This document shows, one piece after another, positions 53,837 to 64,000 of a DNA stretch of 64,000 bases. A model generated the notes under the pieces. It searched no databases and had not been told where the DNA came from. It saw only the letters and a program-made list of their open reading frames with translations. The translations under genes were made by a program, and so were the position numbers. How positions within the stretch are numbered: position 1 is the stretch's first letter; each line of letters opens with the position of its first letter. Source of the stretch: Utricularia gibba (lineage: Eukaryota; Plantae; Magnoliophyta); assembly GCA_002189035.1 (NCBI GenBank), contig NEEC01000010.1:1054001-1118000 (forward strand), read 5' to 3'.

Positions 53837-56074
53837 ATGGATACTGCGATTGGATCTTCGCCGTTGGTGGGTACTAAGAGCCCTGCGTCCAGCGACGTCG
53901 GCTGTTTGCCGAGCAATGGCTCTGTCTCCACTGTCCAGTCCTCCTCCCTGCCGTTCAGCTCATCGGAGGCGACTCTCGGCCGCCACATCGCGCGGCGGCT
54001 CGTGCAGGTCGGCATAAGCGATGTTTTTTCTGTTCCCGGAGACTTCAACCTTACGCTGCTCGACCATTTGATTGCGGAGCCCGGGCTTAATCTGATCGGC
54101 TGTTGCAATGAGATTAACGCTGGGTACGCTGCGGATGGCTACGCTAGGGCGCGAGGCGTTGGTGCTTGTGTTGTCACCTTTACTGTTGGAGGATTGAGTG
54201 TTATCAATTCGATTGCCGGTGCGTATAGCGAGAATCTGCCCGTGATTTGCATCGTTGGAGGCCCTAATACCAACGATTATGGCACCAACCGGATCTTGCA
54301 TCATACTATTGGCTTACCGGATTTCAGCCAGGAGCTCCGATGCTTCCAAACGGTTACTTGCTTTCAGGTATCAGAGTGTATATTTGATGGTTTCTGTAAG
54401 GATTTTTGTGCTTCTTTGTTTTTCTCATGCTTTTGTTTTCAATGATTTCACCTTAGGCGGTGGTGAATCATTTGGAAGATGCGCATGAATTGATTGATAC
54501 GGCGATTTCTACAGCTTTGAGAGAGAGCAAGCCTGTTTACATTAGCGTCAGCTGCAACTTGGCAGCGATTCCGCATCCTACGTTTAGCCGCGACCCTGTT
54601 CCCTTTTCTCTTACTCCAAGGTATCCCCGAGTTTCACCACGTCTTTGTCTTTCCTTTCGAACAATATTGCTTTTAGTGTTACAAATTCTTCTATGTTTTG
54701 AATTCGTAGAATAAGCAACCCTTTGGGTCTAGAAGCTGCGGTTGATGCAGCAGCTGAGTTCTTGAATAAGGCCGTGAAACCAGTGTTGATCGGAGGCCCG
54801 AATTTACGCGTTTCAAAAGCCAGCAAAGCTTTGATGGAGCTTGCAGACTCTAGTGGCTACGCCCTTGCGGTTATGCCTTCCGCTAAAGGGCAAGTGGAGG
54901 AGCACCACCCCCATTTCATTGGTACCTATTGGGGTGCAGTAAGCACAGGCTTTTGTGCTGAAATCATAGAATCGGCCGATGCTTACCTCTTTGTTGGCCC
55001 GATATTCAATGACTACAGCTCCGTAGGATACTCTCTGCTCCTCAAGAAGGAGAAGGCAATCATCGTGCAGCCTGATCGTGTGGTCGTTGGGAATGGACCT
55101 GCATATGGGTGTGTTCTAATGAAGGATTTCCTATCAGCTCTCAGCAAAAAGCTCAAACGCAACACAACCGCGTATGAGAACTATGCTCGGATTTATGTCC
55201 CTGAAGGGCGCCCTTGAAGAGTGCGCCCAATGAAGCACTGAGGGTTAATGTCCTGTTTCAGCATATTCAGAAAATGATATCCGGGGACACTGCTGTTATT
55301 GCTGAGACAGGGGACTCATGGTTCAACTGCCAAAAACTGAAATTGCCACAGGGATGCGGGTGAGACATCTGTCTATCCATCATCGCAACCCCCTTTCTGC
55401 ATCTACTGTGCTGCTTCTGACTGCCATATTCATCTTCTGCAATGTAGGTACGAGTTTCAAATGCAATACGGTTCAATTGGTTGGTCCGTTGGCGCAACTC
55501 TTGGTTATGCACAGGCCGTCCCTGAGAAACGAGTCATATCCTGCATCGGAGATGGCAGCTTCCAGGTTCGTCAAGTTTTTCATCAAGGAAGGAAACTTCC
55601 ATTGCCCATATCACTGAACGAAAATTGTTGCAGGTTACCGCACAAGATATTTCCACCATGATACGGTGCAACCAGAAGACCATCATCTTCCTGATAAACA
55701 ACGGTGGGTACACCATCGAGGTGGAGATCCACGACGGACCGTATAATGTGATCAAGAACTGGAACTACACCGGTTTGGTCGATGCAATCCACAACGGTGA
55801 AGGCAAATGCTGGACTGCTAAGGTAACCGACTCCCCAACTCCCCCACCCCCGAAAAACTAGATATTCTCCAGTGGATTCAAACGTCGGTTTGCCGGTTGA
55901 TTTCAGGTGAGATCCGAGGAAGAGCTGGTGGAGGCCATCGCCACAGCAACCGAAGAGAAGGACAGCTTGTGCTTCATAGAAGTGATCGTTCACAAGGATG
56001 ACACCAGCAAGGAGCTGCTGGAATGGGGCTCCAGAGTGTGCGCCGCCAACAGTCGACCTCCGAATCCCCAGTAA
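53837..56074 (+). CDS. PDC: Pyruvate decarboxylase (ThDP-dependent); 1-bp frameshift at 55211-55213 (assembly error or pseudogene)
   Basis: [106 protein letters not shown]|VTAQD...[20 protein letters not shown] (GDG...NN motif) and [21 protein letters not shown]. Confidence 0.96.
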
Positions 56075-56324
56075 TGTGAAGAAGCTGCTGCTAATTCTGG
56101 AAAATGGAAATAACTCCTCCCTCCCCCTAAAAACTCTTGAGATTTTTAATTTTCCTCTGCAATCAATGAAGTCGTGTTGGACTATTTTATTGTCTGATTC
56201 TATCGCACAATATTCATTTACCCCCAGCCATAACTTTTTTTTTTCCGTGGCCAGTAAATATTGAATTTCATTTAAAAAGCACATATAGTTTCCAATTACA
56301 AAAACAAAATATTGTTGTTTGAAA

Positions 56325-56715
56325 GAGTGTGTTTTGTGCTTCAAATTAAGTAGAATATAATCAATTTAAAAATTATATAAATAAAATCAATTTGAAATTA
56401 TAAAATTGTTTTGTAAAATAACATAAATTATATCATCAAATTTAATAAAATAAACTATATAGTATAAATTTAATATATTAAATTATTATATAATTTAATA
56501 TTATAATATAAACATATTTCTAAAATAGATAAAAATTGAATAATATAATTTTTTGAATAAATTTCTTATTTAATATTTTAAATGAAGATTTAAGAAAATC
56601 AATAATTTTTAAAATTAATCATAGAATCCAAATTTCTCATTCTACTACAAAAAGAGAAAAAGATTTAAAACTTCAAAAATTAAATATAATCAATTCAAAA
56701 AATTAATAACACGTT
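56325..56715. mobile_element. AT-rich MITE-like repeat, family copy 2 (related to 35630-36035)
   Basis: Shares a 31-bp exact core and collinear similarity with the 35.6-36.0 kb block. Confidence 0.6.
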
Positions 56716-57744
56716 CAATATAAATTCATTAATTTTAACATTAAAGAAATTCTAAGTATAATTAAAATTTAATGAATATAAATTATAAATAAATAAACAA
56801 GTGAGGGGAAAAATTGACAACCGTGTCACTTTTGTTTTCTTCATTTGTGATTTTATACATTATTGTTTTATAATTTCAAAATTAATCATAACTATTTGAT
56901 TAGTTGCAAAATACAACATTATTGTTTACAAAATGTTCATAGATTTCAATTCATAATAATAATTCACACTTAACTCATACCCCTCCTCTTTTAATTTCTT
57001 CAAAAATCAATCTAGAATCCTAATTATATTTGGAAGCGATGAATATACATTGAGATTTGACTTTGATCGTGATGGATTTCTAAGATTTTAGCTTCAATAA
57101 TATAACGAGGACGAATATGTGTTGAGATTCAATTGGATTCAAACACAAATTGAGCTGTAAAAAATAGAAAATAGTAGTTGGATAAAGCAGATCTACTATT
57201 CTATACGACTTTGAAAATGATAGAAATTAAAATTTTAGTTACCCATCATGATCAAAGCCAAATATCGACATATATTTGACAATTCCATATACAATTAAGG
57301 TTCTAGATAATGAGTCTATCCACATATGACGCCTACAAGAATTAAAAAGAAAAAAGAAATGATAGGTACATGGTCAGTCAACATTAAAACTTTGGTTAGA
57401 GAGTTAATATGATCCTCTCTATAGATAGAGAATAACATTCGTCCATAAAATCATTCCAATCACAATCGATCGTGAACATCCATAGCACTTCGATCGGGTT
57501 TTCATGTGAGTTCAATAAGAATTCTAGTGGTAAATTTCTTTGTATTCACTGTCTATTTTCTTGTACGGTCAAATTTATTGTTTGATATTGATTGCATATA
57601 ATAAATGGTATCAACAAATAATTATTACTTATTATTTGTATAATTATTACTTATTATATGATTTGTGTTTGCTACTAAATGGATCTCTCAAATAAAAAAA
57701 TAAGTTAATATATAATACGACACTTCAATCAACAAGTGATTGAC

Positions 57745-58100
57745 AGACCAAATCTTCATTTTATATCGTCAGCATTAGATGAATCATACTCATCATGATT
57801 GTTTTTGTCATTTTTTCTTCGTTGACCATGCCTAACTTCTTCAGCCTCAGATTCTGAATCTTCATCTAGTTGAGAATTTCTTCTGCCATGATATATTAGA
57901 ATTTTGGTTCTATCATGGGAACCAATGTCATCTCCTTGCTTTTTGATGTTCTTGAGAAATTTATCATGTTCCTCTAATTTGAGGTGAATTTGCTCCATAC
58001 ATCTTTGCAACCTCTTAGACTCACTTTGCATGATATTGAGTAAAAAACAAATATTCATAGCACTTGATTCTTCTGTAGGGTTGTTAGAGCTCAACATCCT
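57745..58100 (-). mobile_element. Ty3/gypsy-type gag N-terminal fragment (CRM-like), antisense within the copia remnant
   Basis: LLNIMQSESKRLQRCMEQIHLKLEEHD...SESEAEEVRHGQRRKNDKNNHDEYDSSNADDIK followed by a frameshifted MKI, resembling the 'IKMKIP' entry into CRM-clade gag; truncated there. Confidence 0.5.
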
Positions 58101-58588
58101 ACTAATCAGAGAAAAATTTAGACAAAGAAAAAGAATAAAATAGAACAAGGAAAGAAAAGATAGAAAAAAGAAAAAGAGAGAATTTCCAAACTTAAAATCC
58201 TCTTGAACTTTAAGATTCAATAAGCCTTAATTGATCAATCTAAATATGGTTTAGAGATATAAAGGTGCCTAGGGCAATGGGTCAAATAAAGAAAATGATC
58301 AAAGTTGGACTTGGTGATGATTAAAATAATTAAAGCTAAGTAAGAGTATTAATAGAAGTATAGAATGAAACTTATTATAATTAACACGAAACATGTGGAT
58401 AGACAATTGAAAAGATTGAAAATAGAAATTAATTTTGATAATAGACAAAGAAGTATGATATAGCTGACAAAGAGAAGAAAACAATGACTTGTTTGTTGTA
58501 TTAGACAAAAAGATGATCCTTCACATTAGAAAATTGGCTTGCTTCTAATATTGAAAAAGACCCATACTTTTAAAATTAATGAATGATA

Positions 58589-58703
58589 TTGACTTTTCTT
58601 TTGTTTGAGAAGTAAAAAATTCAATGGATTCAAGTTGCTAACATTATTTCTTGACTTTTCTTTTGTTTGGAAAGTAAAAAATTCAATAGATTCAAGTTGC
58701 TAA
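58589..58703. repeat. 62-bp tandem duplication inside the nested TE
   Basis: ttgacttttcttttgtttg..aagtaaaaaattcaat.gattcaagttgctaa at 58589 and 58651. Confidence 0.85.
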
Positions 58704-61084
58704 TCTTCTTTCTCCTTCAACACGTTTTATTTGTAGCAATTCAGAAGAACAGAATGGAACAAACAAAGATAAGGAACCCTCCTCCTATAATCAATTCAAG
58801 TACTAGTATTATTTTTATTTGAATAAGCTTATTTCTCTGCTTATATAAGAAGAGCTTTATTATTATTTAAGAACAATTTTGATTGTAATAACTTTTGAGA
58901 GCAATGGTTCTTCTTTGAATTCTTGTTGAACTTTAGACTTATCAAATTTTACTTGTAGTGTCTAGTGTGTGACTTATCACTCCAACTTCCTTACTTGTTT
59001 ATGTAAGTGTGGTATTATTTCATAGTTTGGGTTGTAGGAATTTTCAATCCTTGAAGGCCAACTTCTATTTTCTTGAAGGATTGCTTCTTTGAACTAAGAT
59101 CTGTTTTACCAATTACTTATTGATTGAAGAGTCGTATTAATACATTGAATATTTTCCTAATCAATACTAGAGATCATGTATGCATTTGCACTGATAACAT
59201 GAAACTGGCAAAAAGGTGAGGTGCATTCACACTGATAACGAGGGAGAATATCTTGGATCTTTTGATGGCTATCGCAAAAAGTTGGGAATTCGAAACCAGT
59301 TTTACTATGGTAAAAACACCACAATTGAATGGGTTGACAAAAAGGACGAACCGAACTTTCATGTAATGAGTGAGATGTTTTCTTTCATATTCAAAGTTAT
59401 CAATCTTTTATCATATGTGTCGTTGCCACATGATATATAGAGAATGTATGATCTGGAAAGAGAGTCTTTCATGATCATGTGCAGGTGTTTGGTTGTAAGA
59501 CTTTTGTTCATATTACAAAGAAATGAACGATCGAAATTGGATTCCAAGACATGTGAATGTGTGTTTATTGAACATGACCAAGATTAATTTGAGTTTCAAT
59601 TTTATGATTCTATCTTGAAGAAGCTTATCAAGAGTTGAGATGCTGTATTTGTTGAGTAAAAAGTCATCAAAGACATTCTTAAACCTAGAAATGATGTTCC
59701 TCATAGTAATAAAAACTCAACGGATGTTAATAATACTTCATGTAATGGTACGAGAGGATGAAAGTGGTGAAGTTGAAGATCATGTTCTTGAAAAACTCCA
59801 TAATCATGAAGAATCAGAGGTTTGTTGATAATGGAGACAGTATGGTTCAATAGCCATCGAGTTTCTCCAAAGGTTTTACCGTATACACAAGATCAAAACA
59901 ATTGTGCGATACCCTGCTAGATTTTCTCTATATGAGTTTGTTATGCCTATTGACGAGGAAGAACTTGAGAATTTGTAGAAAATTATGGAAAGTAGAAATA
60001 AAGATCTTTAGATGGAAGCTATTGAAGAGGAAATGAAATACTTGAATAAGAACAAAACATTTCAATTAATGAAGTTGCTGAAAGACATAATTGCACTAAG
60101 GTACAAGTGGATTTTCAAAACAATGCATTTTGAAAATAATTCAAAGCCTTACTATCAGGTTAGATTGATGGTGAAGGGATTCAATCAATAGAAGGAAATT
60201 AATTATGATGACATATTTTCACCAATTGTGAATATGATATTCATCTGGATAGTGCATATGTCAATACAGTGTTCCTATATGAAAATCGAGAGGAAGAGAT
60301 CTACATGTAACAATCAAAATGCTTTGAATTCAGTAGAAGAGTCGTTGGATTGATCAACTCACCCATGTGTTGGTAGCGATAAAATTAATGTGCCCTTATA
60401 TATATGAGGCCTATAAGAATTAAAAAAAAAAGAGATGATAAGCACGGTTAGAAGTCATCTAATGTTGAAATGTTGGATGGAGAATTGGCAGATTCCACTT
60501 TATATATAGAGGGGAATGTTCATCTATAAAACCACTCCAATGACGATCGATTGTGAACATACGTAGTATTTTGATTGAATTTTCGTGTGAGTTCAATAAT
60601 AACTCTAGTATTTCCGAAGGTCAAAAAGGGAAAGAAGAAAAAAAATATTCTTTTCTATTTGTATCTCTTTATCAGTAGAATTTTTGAAAAGAAGATAAAA
60701 AGAAAAAATAATATCTAATAATTTAATAGAGTAAATCTCTTTATATTCAATATGATAAATAGTGAATTTTTATCAAAGTTGAGAATCAACATAGTTCTTG
60801 ATTTTGCGGTCAAATTTATTTCTCTTTATCGATTGCAATACTAAATTGAGTTTTTCGGAAATTGAAAGAGGGGCGTGTAAATTAATTGTGAATTATTGTT
60901 ATAAATTGAAATCTGCCAACGTTTTTGTAAATAAAAATATTTTATTTTGTAACTAATTAAAGTGTTAGTATTAATTTTAAAATTATAAAACATTAATGTC
61001 TAAAATCATAAATGAAAAAAAAAATAACACGTTTGCTAATTTTCCCAAAAGTAAGCACTAGCCATTGTTGATAGATAATAGAAT

Positions 61085-61277
61085 GGCCCATTCCACTACC
61101 GATGCTATTGGGCGGATCTTGACTCATGGCCCATGGGAGTAAACGGCGTTAATTCTGGAAAACAATGCTTTGGTGATTAGCCCATATAAGGGCCCAGTGT
61201 AGAATGATTGGGCTTCAAACATCTGTGGAGCCCAAAATAACAAAGGAGAAACACTATAAATTTTGATTTTAGGGTTT
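61085..61277. promoter_or_regulatory. Site II cluster plus telo-box, RPS4 promoter
   Basis: Several GGCCCA/AGCCCA/TGGGCT motifs between 61085 and about 61235, and TAGGGTTT at 61270-61277. Confidence 0.75.
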
Positions 61278-61342
61278 CCTCGTGTGTCCCGTCCGCCACA
61301 GCAGCCGAAGAAGAAGAAAAGGGCGACGAGGTTTTAGATCCC

Positions 61343-62869
<1,527 letters not shown>

Positions 62870-63545
62870 GCTGAAATTGGTGGTGTATCTCTCTCTTTTC
62901 CTGCGCTCTGCTAAACTCCTCCTTTCAAGGCTTTTTATTCCATGACTTGTTCTTTTCATTCACCAGACTTGTGCATTGCACCTCCACTGTTGTCATGACC
63001 TCGATCTTCTTCTGGTTTTGATGGGCGCTCGCATAGAGGCTTGTGATGAACTGTCAAACTTGTTGTCTACATGTTCTAATGCTTTGTACAGGCTGATGAA
63101 TCACGACAGAGATGGAGAGAAACAACACTGAACTTTGCAGGATTCTTAAATAAGAATTAAAAGGGATGGAATCTGGGCCATGTAAGCACAGGGATCGTAT
63201 GAACCAAAATGAAAGTGCTGCCGACAGGCTGCTTGTCTCCTCCACTCCATTTGCAATAAACCTCCGAGCAAATGAGAATCTCAGCCTGTCCTGCAACCTC
63301 CTCAACTCCTTGCCCGTTTTACCCTTTTCAGAATCCGGATGGATCGGATCCAACCCGGGATCAGTGGCATGGATGATCGAGGGGTGTGATGGTCAAATTG
63401 GGGGAGTAGTGTAGTGGGCGGTTTAGGATGATTACTTATTAACAACTTGGGGGTGTTTACGTCATTTCCGATGACACAACTTGCGCAGCTCCCTTTAAGT
63501 GATTCGTACGACGGAGTTGCTCGGGACTACGAAGAGACTTGCGAT

Positions 63546-64000
63546 ATGCCTGCGGATGCTCCCAATTCATCGGTGGTTCTCGAGAGGATCAGCGACTCGC
63601 CGCCTTGCGGAGGAGGTGGAGGGTGTAAGCAAGTGTATCGGCAACCCGCGGCGGCGCAGGTGCCGGAGCACGTGCTCCGGTACCACACCCACTCCGCGGG
63701 GACGAATCAGTGCTGCTCCGCCGTGACCCAGTTCATCGCCGCTCCAATCTCCACAGTCTGGTCGGTCGTCCGCCGCTTCGACAACCCCCAGGCGTACAAA
63801 AACTTCGTCAAGAGCTGCCATCTAGTGATCGGGACCGGCGACGTGGGCACCGTGCGTGAGATTCAGGTGATCTCCGGCTTGCCGGCGGTGAGTAGCACCG
63901 AGCGCCTCGAGATTCTGGACGACGAGCGCCACATCATCAGCTTCCGGGTCGTCGGAGGCGACCACCGTTTGGTTAATTACCGGTCAGTGACGACCCTCCA
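63546..64000 (+). CDS. PYL4: PYR/PYL/RCAR abscisic acid receptor (PYL4/5/6 subfamily), 3' end outside the window
   Basis: MPADAPNSS...HTHSAGTNQCCSAVTQFIAAPISTVWSVVRRFDNPQAYKNFVKSC...GTVREIQVISGLPAVSSTERLEILDDERHIISFRVVGGDHRLVNYRSVTTL, with gate SGLPA and latch HRL. Not in the ORF track because there is no stop in the window. Exact paralogue uncertain. Confidence 0.95.
   Translation, partial: MPADAPNSSVVLERISDSPPCGGGGGCKQVYRQPAAAQVPEHVLRYHTHSAGTNQCCSAVTQFIAAPISTVWSVVRRFDNPQAYKNFVKSCHLVIGTGDVGTVREIQVISGLPAVSSTERLEILDDERHIISFRVVGGDHRLVNYRSVTTL

Larger units (their letters stand above)
57320..60840 (+). mobile_element. Decayed Ty1/copia LTR retrotransposon
   Basis: Direct repeats (LTR relics) at about 57320-57600 and 60400-60840, and a PBS-like TGGTATCA at 57606-57613. 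Integrase relics ETGKKVRCIHTDNEGEY (~59200) and VFGCKTFVHI...ERSKLDSK (~59485); RT relics EAIEEEMKYLNKNKTFQL...YKWIF...RLMVKGF...YDDIFSPIV (~60015-60230). Riddled with stops. Confidence 0.85.
56806..61046. mobile_element. Non-autonomous long-TIR MULE (about 4.2 kb) enclosing retrotransposon remnants
   Basis: About 220-bp inverted repeats: GGGAAAAATTGACAACCGTGTC...CATTTGTGATTTTATACATT...AGATTTCAATT...AATAATTCACA (56806-~57020) versus the reverse complement of ~60830-61046 (GGGAAAATTAGCAAACGTGTT...CATTTATGATTTTAGACATT...AGATTTCAATT...AATAATTCACA). Degenerate 9-bp TSD ACAAGTGAG / AAAAGTAAG (7/9 match). Confidence 0.8.

Noticed and set aside
55583-56344. 253-aa minus-strand ORF
   Set aside because: Antisense shadow of the PDC 3' exons with no recognisable domain.

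Overview
Plant (eudicot) nuclear genomic DNA from a compact, gene-dense region: about 22 intron-containing or single-exon protein genes in 64 kb, mostly with short introns, separated by AT-rich spacers that hold MITE-like repeats. No prokaryotic features, CRISPR arrays, rRNA or convincing tRNA genes were seen. Gene order: ATG1 kinase (5'-truncated), a small RGNWWQGSLYY-family gene, USP, an unknown LP(K/Q)EW(I/T)Y-family gene, a COPT copper-transporter-like gene, IPC synthase, TIM10, RING-CH, RPL35a, ACCase carboxyltransferase alpha, a decayed MuDR element, a collapsed PPR pseudogene, a plastid coiled-coil protein, a BAHD acyltransferase, Alfin-like PHD, SELT, an AMP-deaminase N-terminal fragment, chlorophyll synthase, EBP1, ERdj3A, pyruvate decarboxylase, a long-TIR MULE holding nested retroelement remnants, RPS4 and a PYL ABA receptor (3'-truncated). 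Most notable: (i) an anchor-only AMP deaminase ORF; (ii) a COPT lacking both conserved Met motifs; (iii) a candidate spliced non-coding transcript divergent from RPL35a; (iv) a MULE with a perfect 10-bp TSD abutting a deleted PPR gene; (v) three-level TE nesting; (vi) four single-base frameshifts, all in G/C homopolymers, probably assembly errors. Exon boundaries were read by eye. Arabidopsis names and locus IDs are recalled from memory, not from a search.
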